Both the position numbers and the translations under genes were made by a program. A DNA stretch of 64,000 nt. Origin: Anthoceros angustus. Its lineage: Eukaryota; Plantae; Anthocerotophyta. The notes under the pieces were generated by a model that searched no databases, was not told the origin of the DNA, and saw nothing but the letters and a program-made list of their open reading frames with translations. How positions within the stretch are numbered: position 1 is the first letter of the stretch; every line of letters starts with the position of its first letter. The DNA is taken from positions 1 through 64,000 of the forward strand of contig VJWM01000284.1 of assembly GCA_010909165.1 (NCBI GenBank), in the 5' to 3' direction. This document shows, piece after piece, positions 24,592 through 36,279 of the stretch.

Positions 24592-26975
24592 TGGTATAGA
24601 TTTTATACCCTACCAAATTATATTATCGTACATCCATAATGTTTATATTTAGGAGTCTTCTTATGCACTCAAAGGCACGAAGAGGACCTATATCCCTAAA
24701 TGCTCATTGTGTTGGGAGAATTTTTTCTAATTAATTAATAAATATATTTTAATTCATTATGTCTCGATTCTCTCACAAATCGTAGAACTAGTAGCTCACG
24801 TTCTTCTAGTCGTGAACTAGAGAGAAAATTATTTTGCTTTGAAGCGAATTAAACCGACTTGTATAATAGGCTTGCAAATCGATACTCGATGGCCATTAAT
24901 GTTGGCTCGTATGATCGGAGTGCCATATCATAATTCATAGGGACAGGATAGACGGAGAACTAGAAGCACAAAACTCCACGCGGCTTTTGGTGATAAGAAG
25001 AAGAAGAAGAATTCTATCAAGATCGCACTTGCCTTCTCATATGCGCAGTTCACGCTAATACAAACCCTAATCGATCTGCAGGTTCTCATCTACCGCATGG
25101 TTCCTAGTTTTATAAACCCTAATCAGTACGGTTCTCATCTCGCATGGTTCTTGGTATTGCAAACCCTAATCAAGATCGCACGATTCTCATATGTGCATGG
25201 TTCCGTGTTTTGCACCCATTTGGAAGTTATCTCCATAAGTAGAGAAAGGAAGGAAAGAACATGGTTCTCATCGTACGCATTGTTCTGGTTTTCGCCGCTA
25301 GTTCAAAGCTATCTCCATAAGTAGAAAAGGAGGCAAAACATTTGGTGTGCACCCATCCGGACGTGTCATGCATGGCGGTGTTGTTAGTTAGTATATTATT
25401 AATTAATTATTCAATAAATAATAATTATATCTTTTTCCTCTAAGAATTGCTTTATCCTTCCCTTTGTGCTTCACAATGTCAATACTCCACGGTGCTAGGC
25501 TATCCGTTCTGTCTGGTCTTAACTCTAGATGCTCGCCATAATATTACACGCCTCCGTGCGGTATAGCCATAGCACTTCAAATGTGCTCTTGTCTCCTCCA
25601 AATGAGAAAGAGCACTTTCTAGCCTTGCATTGGACTCCACATCCAAACATTTGTCATCCAAGATGTTAATTGTTGCATTGCTACTGGTTCTTCCAAAACC
25701 TCTTGTTGATCCGGGTGCGAACTATCGCAAGAGCCTTCTCCACGCCAATGGTTGCCGGGTCTACGAGTCGCTCAACAAACAATTTGGTGTAAGCCACCTG
25801 GTCCATCTTCTCAGAATTGCGATGCATCCTTCAACATGTCTTGTTGCTCTAGCGTGCCCCACAATTGCATAATCACCTTCCGCACATGCGTCGAGCTACG
25901 ATGGTCCACATTTGTCGTGTTGTGCGGTGGCGTGTTTATGCGACACGCCATCGCACGCGACGGTGCACGTGACCATTTGTCGGCGCTTCACCGCAGAGTT
26001 TCGATGTGGATTGGGCTATCTACCATCGATAGAGAACACCTTGAAACTCATGCATCTCTACTTATATATACCTTATTGACAGCCGATGCCCCTGACCTCC
26101 TTGCGCAACGAGGCCTCCACGGGAGCATCGGCCACAACGGAGAGAATGGGGACATCAATCGCATTGGCAACAGTGGGGTAGGGACATCCACCGTGCTCTC
26201 GAGGCGAGCATATAGGAACGGGGATCCCACGGTTAGGAACGGCACATGCTTAGGCGCACACGGTTGACAAGGGATGGATGTACCCGAGGAGGTTGTCCTC
26301 ATGATGATGTGGCCATATAGGCCTTGCCTGCTGCCTTGATGGCCATCGGGCATTGGTGGGAAAGCATATCATAAGGTGCCTTTACCTCAAAAGGAATATC
26401 TAATGCGCTTTGGACTTGTGAGCATGTTATGCTTAATGCATGTTATCGGTCTTGGTGTCCCGGTCCAAATTGAAACGGTGTTGCGCAGCAAAAATAGAGC
26501 GGATTATTTCGAAATAAAATAAATATTTTTTAGCATGAAAATCCATATTTCAGTTTCCATAACAAAGGAAATTTACGGTTCGTGGAACAGATTCCGAAAA
26601 CCAACAGGCTTGGCCAGTGATGGATCGGCCACGGCCCCAGTAATGCCAAACAGACCTCGCAAAGGAGGGCCCGTGCCGTAGGGACTTCGTTTTCCGCAGT
26701 CGCTAGGTCCCTCGGGATACTGTGGCACCCAAGACCCGAACGAGCGTAGAAAAGAATGAAAAGAATATTAGGTACAGGAAAAACAAGATTTGCCAGTCAG
26801 TGCGCAAAGTGGCATGCATCGCAGTGTGCTACTAGGTAGGTAGTTACTCAAGCAATTAGACTAGGTAGTTCTTTATTCAACTTAACCAAAACACTTGGCG
26901 GGTTTGGTTGTCAGCACATAGCATCCCGCCGGGCCCAAGGAGTTACCGTTCCGCAGAATGGTCACTGTAAGATAG

Positions 26976-29251
26976 ATGGGCACAGTCTTGCAACCGGATC
27001 CGTTGTGGCCGCAACAAATTGGTACGTTTTGGGTGGTTCGACCAGCAGCTCCTCACGTCACTTTAGGGAGTCATGTGCCGACAAACAACCAAACCTTGAG
27101 GTGCAGCAACGTAAGAGACCCAGCAATTCCGGGAAAGCGTGTGACTGGGGAACGATTTTCCAGCGATGGTCGTCGCCAGGAGCAGGAGTTGTTGTGGCGA
27201 AATTTTTTCTGGACCCTTCCATGTGGTGGGATAACAGACGAGATAAGAAGAGCTCCCGTTCGCCTGACTTTAGGCGTAAGAGGACTGGCGAGGTCCTCTG
27301 GCTTGACAACATTTCCAGGCCAGCTTGGGTGGATGAGCAGCTCGTATTTTGGATTTGCAAATGGGTCACGGTGCGTCTCCTTGCAAGTCGAGCGTTTTGG
27401 ATAAGCCTGAGCTTGGCAGGCGTGCTGGATCGGAAATGGGGGTAGCGGCTCTAAATGTGAGCACGTTATGTCGGCAGGGAAGCTTACTGAGGCCGTTGCA
27501 TTCCTGGAATATCTTGCGCAGACAGACTGTCCTATTTCTCAGTCTCTATTTTACACAGTGCTAAAGCTGTGTTCAGCTAAGAAGGATCTGGCTGTGGGGC
27601 GACGAGTTCATGATCTCGTTGTAAAACTTGGGTTTGAGTCAAATACATACTTGGGGAACCATATCTTGCGCATGTATGCATGTGCAGGTAGGGTGGAAGA
27701 GGCCATGGATGTGTTCACCAGGGTGCACAAACCAGATGCCTTCATGTGGTCCTCCATAATCTCTGCATATTCTAAACATGGGAAACCGAATGAGGCCATA
27801 CAACTGTACCATGAGATGCGTAGGTCAGGTGTGAAGGCGGATGCTCACGTCTTTGTAGCTGCCATTCAAGCTTGTGCGTTTGCCTCCGACATGGAATCTG
27901 GCAGAAAAGTGCACTCTGATGTGATGCACAGTGGTGTTCCTCCTGACTTGTTTGTTGGCAACTCCTGGTGCACATGTATGCAAAATGTGGGGCAGTGGAA
28001 GATGCACGTTGGGTTTTGACAGCTTGGCTAGAAAGGATGTGGTGACATGGAATGCCTTGATTGCTGGGTATGCAGATCATGGGTTCAGTCAAGAGGCGCT
28101 TGTCCTGTATGGACGAATGGAGCAGGAGGGCCTGATTGTGGCTGACCATGTCACTTTTGCTTCCCTTCTGAAGGCTTGCGCAAGTGCTGGTGCCTTACAG
28201 AATGGCAGGCAGCTGCACTCGCAGATTGTGGAAAGAGGACAGCTGGATAACATATTGTTGGGTACCTGCCTGATAGACATGTATGCTAAATGTGGTGAAC
28301 TGGAAGATGCACGCCAGGTTTTGACAGCTTGGCCACAAAGGATGTGGTGACATGGACGGCCCTGATTGCTGGGTGTGGTACTTGTGATGAAGGTCACAAC
28401 GCTATAGCTTGTTTTGGGAGATGTTAGTTGCTGGTGTTCAGCCCAATGAAGCTACATTTACGAACCTTTTAGTAGCATGCAGTCATGATGGGCTGGTGAA
28501 TGAAGGCTGTAAGCACTTTGATTCCATGGTTGAACAGCATGGCATCAAACCTACTATTGAGCATTACAATTGCATGATTGACCTTCTTGGACGTGCAGGT
28601 CATCTAGATGAGGCAGAAAACATGCTATTGTCATGTGAGAGCCAAAGCAATGTTGTAGGGTTGATATCGTTGCTGAATGCCTGCAAAAGTCATGGGGATA
28701 TAGAGAGGGCGACACTGTGTTTTCAAAGTCTTGTTAGATTGGACCCTCAGCAGGCGTCCGCATATGTGCTCATGGCCAATGTCTATGCAGATGCAGGTAG
28801 GTGGACCGATGTAGAGGATTGAAGCGCAGAGAATGGTAGCAGGAGCTAGCAAGAAACCTGCTGTGGCGGACATTGAGGTGAACAGGCAGGTACATACATT
28901 TGTGGTGGGTGAAAGTAGAGATGATCCTTCACTCAAGGTGGAGAGCATGAATGTACGTCTGAAGGAAGAAGGGGCCACGTACCACAGACAAAGTTGGTGC
29001 TGAAGCCACTTTCGGAGAAGGAAAAGGAAGATGTGCTTTGCGGTCATGCAGAGAAGCTAGCTCTGGCGTTTGGTCTCTTGAACACTCCGAGTGGCACCCT
29101 CTGTTGGTAACAAAGAATCTACGCATGTGCAGTGACTGCCACAGTTCTACCGAGATCTTGTCCAGGGTTGAAAAGAGAGATTGTCGTAAGGGATGGGTAT
29201 CGTGTGCATCGATTTGAAGCTGGTTGTTGCAGTTGTAAGGGCCGACCATGA
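26976..29251 (+). CDS. PLS-class PPR protein with N-terminal OSB-type PDF motif and C-terminal E/DYW:KP (GRP-ending) domain; putative U-to-C RNA editing factor; frameshifts mostly at homopolymers
   Basis: WRNFF/LDPSMWWDNRRDKKSSRSPDFRRKRTGEVLWLD (27194-27310), then PLS repeats (GNHILRMYACAGRVEEA, WSSIISAYSKHG, DHVTFASLLKAC), E domains, KKPAVADIEV (28851), CGHAEKLALAFGLL, NLRMCSDCH and HRFEAGCCSCKGRP*. Confidence 0.85.
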
Positions 29252-32200
29252 GAATGAAGAGAATCTCACCAGTGCTCAGCGTTCTGGGGGCAAAGGAAGC
29301 TTATGGAGGCTGTTGGAGCCCTGGAATGTGTTGGGCAGGCAAAGCCTCCTATCTCTCCGTCTCTGTTTTATACTGTGCTACAACTGTCTCCAGCTAAAAG
29401 GATCTGGTTGTGGGGACGAATTCATAATCTCACAGACAAACGTGGGTACGAGTCAAATGCACACTTGAGCATCCACGGCCTTGTAACCTACCTTGCGCAT
29501 GTATGTATGTGCAGGTAGGTTACAAGGCCGGATGTGCTCAACAGTCTAGGCAAACTAGATGCCTTCATGTGGTCTTCATAATCTCCGCGTACTAACCATG
29601 GGAAACCGAATGAGGCCATGGAACTGTACCATGAGATGTATAGTTCAGGGTGAAGGCAGATGCCCACGTCTTTGTGGCCGCTATTTTAGCTTGTGCATTT
29701 GCCTGCTGACTTGGAATCTGGCAGAGAAGTGCACTGTGATGTGCTGCAAAGTGGCACTCCTCCTGGCTTGTTTCTTGGGAACTGCCTGGTGCACATGTAT
29801 GCAAAATGTGGGGCATAGGAAGATGCACGCTGGGCTTTGCTGTGCATACCAGCAATCAGGGCTGCCCACGGCACCACGTCATTCTGGCCAAGCTGTGAAA
29901 GGGTTTGGTCATTAGGTACGTGTTTTCTTTGGACAAAGTGAGCCGGAGGGCCTCGTTGTCGCTGATCATGTTACTTTTTCTTGCCTTCTGAAGGCCTTTG
30001 CAAGCGCAGGTGCCTTGCAGAAGGGCAGGAGTTGCATTATACTGCTGGCAACTGTCTAGTGGACATGTATACAAAATGTGGCAAACTGACAGATGGACGG
30101 CGGGTTTTCAACAGCTTGGGCACTAAAGGATGTGGTGACATGGAATTCCCTGATTGATTGCTGGGTATGCGCAGCAAGGGCTGAGTCAAGCCGCGCTTGT
30201 CCTGTATGGACAAATGGAGCAGGAGGGCCTGATTGTGGCTGACCATGTCACTTTTGCTTCCCTTCTGAAGGCTTGCGCAAGTGCTGGTGCCTTACAGAAT
30301 GGCAGGCAGCTGCACTCGCAGATTGTGGAAAGAGGACAGCTGGATAACATATTGTTGGGTACCTGCCTGATAGACATGTATGCTAAATGTGGTGAACTGG
30401 AAGATGCACGCCGGGTTTTGACAGCTTGGCCACAAAGGATGTGGTGACATGGACGGCCCTGATTGCTGGGTGTGGTACTTGTGATGAAGGTCACAACGCT
30501 ATAGCTTGTTTTGGGAGATGTTAGTTGCTGGTGTTCAGCCCAATGAAGCTACATTTACGAACCTTTTAGTAGCATGCAGTCATGATGGGCTGGTGAATGA
30601 AGGCTGTAAGCACTTCGATTCCATGGTTGAACAGCATGGCATCAAACCTACTATTGAGCATTACAATTGCATGATTGACCTTCTTGGACGTGCAGGTCAT
30701 CTAGATGAGGCAGAAAACATGCTATTGTCATGTGAGAGCCAAAGCAATGTTGTAGGGTTGATATCGTTGCTGAATGCCTGCAAAAGTCATGGGGATATAG
30801 AGAGGGCGACACTGTGTTTTCAAAGTCTTGTTAGATTGGACCCTCAGCAGGCGTCCGCATATGTGCTCATGGCCAATGTCTATGCAGATGCAGGTAGGTG
30901 GACCGATGTAGAGAGGATTGAAGCGCAGAGAATGGTAGCAGGAGCTAGCAAGAAACCTGCTGTGGCGGACATTGAGGTGAACAGGCAGGTACATACATTT
31001 GTGGTGGGTGAAAGTAGAGATGATCCTTCACTCAAGGTGGAGAGCATGAATGTACGTCTGAAGGAAGAAGGGGCCACGTACCACAGACAAAGTTGGTGCT
31101 GAAGCCACTTTCGGAGAAGGAAAAGGAAGATGTGCTTTGCGGTCATGCAGAGAAGCTAGCTCTGGCGTTTGGTCTCTTGAACACTCCAGTGGCACCCCTC
31201 TGTTGGTAACAAAGAATCTACGCATGTGCAGTGACTGCCACAGTTCTACCGAGATCTTGTCCAGGGTTGAAAAGAGAGAGATTGTCGTAAGGGATGGGTA
31301 TCGTGTGCATCGATTTGAAGCTGGTTGTTGCAGTTGTAAGGGCCGACCATGAGAATGAAGAGAATCTCACCAGTGCTCAGCGTTCTGGGGGCAAAGGAAG
31401 CTTATGGAGGCTGTTGGAGCCCTGGAATGTGTTGGGCAGGCAAAGCCTCCTATCTCTCCGTCTCTGTTTTATACTGTGCTACAACTGTCTCCAGCTAAAA
31501 GGATCTGGTTGTGGGGACGAATTCATAATCTCACAGACAAACGTGGGTACGAGTCAAATCGCACACTTGAGCATCCACGGCCTTGTAACCTACCTTGCGC
31601 GCATGTATGTGCAGGTAGGTTACAAGGCCGTGATGCTCAACAGTCTAGGCAAACTAGATGCCTTCATGTGGTCTTCATAATCTCCGCGTACTAACCATGG
31701 GAAACCGAATGAGGCCATGGAACTGTACCATGAGATGTATAGTTCAGGGTGAAGGCAGATGCCCACGTCTTTGTGGCCGCTATTTTAGCTTGTGCATTTG
31801 CCTGCTGACTTGGAATCTGGCAGAGAAGTGCACTGTGATGTGCTGCAAAGTGGCACTCCTCCTGGCTTGTTTCTTGGGAACTGCCTGGTGCACATGTATG
31901 CAAAATGTGGGGCATAGGAAGATGCACGCTGGGCTTTGCTGTGCATACCAGCAATCAGGGCTGCCCACGGCACCACGTCATTCTGGCCAAGCTGTGAAAG
32001 GGTTTGGTCATTAGGTACGTGTTTTCTTTGGACAAAGTGAGCCGGAGGGCCTCGTTGTCGCTGATCATGTTACTTTTTCTTGCCTTCTGAAGGCCTTTGC
32101 AAGCGCAGGTGCCTTGCAGAAGGGCAGGAGTTACATTATACTGCTGGCAACTGTCTAGTGGACATGTATACAAAATGTGGCAAACTGACAGATGGACGGC

Positions 32201-32304
32201 GGGTTTTCAACAGCTTGGGCACTAAAGGATGTGGTGACATGGAATTCCCTGATTGATTGCTGGGTATGCGCAGCAAGGGCTGAGTCAAGCCGCGCTTGTC
32301 CTGT
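28096..32304. repeat. Tandem duplication TD1, ~2097-bp unit x2
   Basis: 28096-30192 is near-identical to 30193-32291. GCGCTTGTCCTGT occurs at 28096, 30193 and 32292. Confidence 0.95.
29290..31352 (+). pseudogene. Chimeric PPR-DYW:KP copy: a degenerate PPR 5' part joined to a duplicated E/DYW:KP-GRP 3' part
   Basis: 29290-30190 is degenerate PLS repeats with stops. 30193-31352 is near-identical to 28096-29251 and ends in GRP*. Confidence 0.8.
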
Positions 32305-33426
32305 CTGGAAAAGTGGAGCAGGCGGGCCTGATCGAGGCTGACGAGGTTACTTTTGCTTGCTTTAAGAAGGCCTGTGCAAGCGCAGATGCCTTCCAGAAGG
32401 ACAGGCAGTGGCACTCTCTGATTGAGGAAAGAGGACAGCCAGTTAGCATACTGTTGGGCACGTGCCTGGTGGACATGTTCGCAAAATGTGGCAAACAAGA
32501 GACGGTTGTCTAGTTTTTGACAGCTTGGCCACAAAGGAGGTGGTTACATGGAATGCTCTGATTGCTGGATATGCACAGCAGGACTTGGGCGAGAGTTGAT
32601 TGCTCTGTCTAGGCAAATGGAGCAAGAGGGCCTCGTTGTGGCTGACCACGTTACTTTTGGTTGCCTTCTGAAGCCCTGTGCAAGTGTGGTGTCCCTAGAG
32701 AAGGGCAGGCAGTTGCACTCTCAGATTGTGGAAACAGGATAGCTAAATAATATACTGCTGGGCAACTGTGTGGTGGATTAAAAGATGCACGCCGAGTTTT
32801 TGACAGTTTGGCCACCAAGGATGTGGTGACAACAAGACGATTTTGCTCTCTATGGACAAAAGGAACAGGAGGGCCTGATTGTAGTTCACCATGTTACTTT
32901 TGCTTGCCTTGTCAAGACCTGTGCAAGTGCTGGTGCCTTACGGAAGGGCAGGCGGCACTCACAGATTGTGGAAAGGGACAGCTGAATATAATACTTCTGG
33001 GAACCTTCCCGGTAGACATGTATGCAAAATGTGGCGAAGTGGAAGATGCACAGCGGGTTTTTGATAGCGTGGCCAAAAGGCTGTGGTGACATGGATGGCC
33101 CTGATAGCTGAATATGGTACTTATGATGAAGGTCACCATGCACTAGCTTGAGGAGATGTTAGTTGCTGCTGTCCAGCCTGCTGATCCTACTGTTACTTGC
33201 CTTGTAGTAGCTTGCAGTCATTCGAGACGGTTGAATGATGTTCGCGACTCGCAATCACTTCAATTCCATGTTTGAACAGCATGACATGCCACCTGCTAGT
33301 GAGCACTACAAGTGCATGGTTGATTTCCTTGGGCGTGCAGGCTATCTAGATGAGGCAGAAAACACGCTATTATCATGTAAGGGTCAACGCAATGTTGTGG
33401 GGTTGGCATCTTGGGCGCTTTCGTGA
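31390..33426 (+). pseudogene. Degenerate PLS-PPR pseudogene lacking a DYW domain
   Basis: DMFAKCG, DHVTFGCLLKPC, DMYAKCGEVEDAQRVFDS and HYKCMVDFLGRAGYLDEAE, with stops and frameshifts. Confidence 0.8.
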
Positions 33427-34890
33427 TTGCAACGCTGCGATCATTCTCTCTAGGTCATTGTATAAATATTTATTATGACGGTGAAGGCGCTTTCAAAAGC
33501 CCATGAAGCACAAATGGGGACGGTGACTTAAGGGCTCCGGTGACTCAAGGGCTTTTGACGACGAAGACAAAATGGCTTACGCAATCACTGTAGGGTGCGA
33601 AAATATAGGGAATGACTATTTTATTCATCTTTCATTTGTCTTTGGATTGGTAAATTGTCCCTTAACGCCCAGCTTACAGCGCTGTTTGTATGTGCGGGAT
33701 CCATAAATGTATATGTTTTTATATAGAAGAAGAAGAAGAATTTTATTTAAGTCCACTAAGGACGGATTTCCGTCATAGGACTTGGTACTTAACAACTTGT
33801 ACCATGGTGTGCCTAAACTACTTGCACCAAGGGCATCCACTCCCTTTAGGCGCCCCATCTAAGTACCTATCTAAGCTCATGATGCTTAATCACAGCGTAC
33901 TTATAAATGTGTGTCCATTTGGCCTAAGCCATTTGGACACACATTAGAACCTACGTGATCAGTTCGCGTCTAGTGGATGTCGAGTTGCGACCTTCCAATC
34001 GGGATTGCGCTTTCGTGATTGCACCATATGTTTGGGCCTCGTTGGCATCTGAATCATCGTAGGTTAGCAAATGGATTTGGGGGAGAGAGCGGAGGGAGCC
34101 GGGGCAGCAGGGAGGGGTAGGGGGTAGGGGGATGGGGGCGAGGGAGGGTTTGGTGGGGGTACTTTGGGCAGTTTGGAGTTTGGGGTTCTGCCTTTTGCGG
34201 GCCATTATATGGCCAGCCTTTCACGGGTTGTGCGCGGGCATGTAGTACATGAGGCGCGCAAGATCGGAGCTCGCCTCTTCTAAGTGACGCTTCCCTTTCC
34301 CCTTTCCTTGCATAGGGTCAGCAAGGGATATGTTTGATGCGAGGGAGGCTGCTTGGTACTGAAAGGATTGGGGGGATTGGGGGGATAAGGGAGTTTTGGG
34401 AGCCGTTTCACCAAAACAGGATGGGGTTTCATCTTGGAAGGTTGACTATCTTTGTTTGTCCAGATAAAGGTTGGCGGGATGCCCGAACGTATGGGGACTC
34501 GAACATGTACGATGGGGTGGGACTCAAACCATGAGCCTCTTTTCAAACATATTCCTAGTTGATTCGTGCTTGTAATGCCTTTGTCACCGTTGATCTAATT
34601 TCCTTGAGTACTTTTGCCAACGGCAGCAGCAAGTACATCCCCAAATGTTCCCATAGCGCGTCGCTGAGTCAATCGCTCCAGTCGCAAAGGCAGGCTACTC
34701 GCAAGGATGCTCGGGCGCTTGAAGAGACAACGCCAGAGAGCGGGATGTCTTAGCGCGAGAGACTGCGAAAACCGCCGCGTGGTTGCTTGAAAGAATGACC
34801 CTGGCTCGGTGTGGCGGCGTCGAGAGTAACCGAAGCGCGGATGGGCGTCCCTTCGCTGCCCGTAACGCTCAGAATCGCCGAGGCGCATAG

Positions 34891-34958
34891 CTTACTCTAG
34901 CCTTACGCCGCCGCTTACTCTAGCCTTACACCGCCGCTTACTCTAGCCTTACACCGCG
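34891..34958. repeat. Tandem repeat, ~23 bp x3
   Basis: CTTACTCTAGCCTTAC(G/A)CCGCCG three times. Confidence 0.85.
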
Positions 34959-36279
34959 TACAGCATTCTAGTCTTCGCCAGCGCGAGTCTTTACATCGCG
35001 CCTGCACGGGCGTGAATACCTGCCTATAATGGCCACTGGCAACCCTATGGTCTGATGTGCATGCCCACCTCTCAAGACCGCCCACGTGGCCGGCTCGCCA
35101 AAATACGCTCCCAACTCCCAAGTTACTTTACTTGGCGTACTTATCCCGTCTTACTCCGGAGTGTAGTCCGGACTTACTGATGTACTCAAGGGTGTATCTA
35201 CTCCCGAGTGTCGTCCAGAGTGGCCCGAGTGCGGTTTGGAGCCCCTCGCCTACTCGAGTGCGGTTTGGAGCCCCTCGCCTACTCCGAGTCGGTCAGATCT
35301 CACCTTATTTCTCCCTTTCCGCCTTATTTTCTACTCCACACCTACGAAAAAAACAAAACCTAGCTCATTTCCTACCCAAGGGAAGAGTCCGTGGCCCACA
35401 CTCCTCATCCTCAAATCAGCCGTGCTAATGCCCGTCGCCTGGAGTATTATAGAAGAAACCCTCTGAAGGCACAACAGAAGGAAGAATTGCGGTCAGTGCA
35501 GGTAGAAGAGGACGAGAGATTGATAAACCAAATTGATTTCACAGAAAGACCATTTGCACTCGAAAGACTCAGCCTGAAGTTGGACAGTATCGAAGTGCTC
35601 GTGGTTCGCCAATTTGTTCAGACGCAACCTAGACTTGGGCAGATCACTTCCAGTTTGGAATCATTCCAGCCGAGGTCACGATTTAGTAACGCCTCTCAAC
35701 TCGAGCCGCCACCCTGCGCCCACATCACCGCTGCCTTTGCTACTTTATACCTTGATTCTCTTGTGCCCACACGTGAGGGAGCAAGCTCGGAGGCATCGCA
35801 GCGGGCAAACCCCAAGATTTGATCAGGCGCAGGTGCGCGGTGGTGGAGGCACAGTGCAGGATTGCGAGACGTGCGTCGTCGCAGCCTGCACCTGGATCTC
35901 AATCGGCACTATTCCTCAGGTTGACGGTTGGTGGCTCTTGCCACCTGTCGAGTTTTGTCCTTTCACATGCACCTGCTCATGTCAGATGGCAGCGCATTAC
36001 ATCTCTGGGAAACCCTAATACAATCATACCTGAAGTTCTTGAAACGACACTTACCCGTTCATGTCGTTTCGTAGCCACTCATGTCGTTTGGCTTAAGTTG
36101 GTTTTTTGGAGACTCAGATAGTGACATTGATGAAGATGTCGATACTGAGTCAGCTTTCCTGCAATCTTTGAACGCACAATTCCCTGGATTCGTCCCTCCT
36201 ATAGGTCTTATTCCCCCGATGGGTAGCACTGGAGGTACTATTACGTCTACCTCTGTTGGGTCCTCCTACTCTGGGGATG

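Noticed and set aside
23481-25170. Interstitial telomere (TTTAGGG/AAACCCT)
   Set aside because: Only isolated single units (telo-box-like), not tandem arrays.
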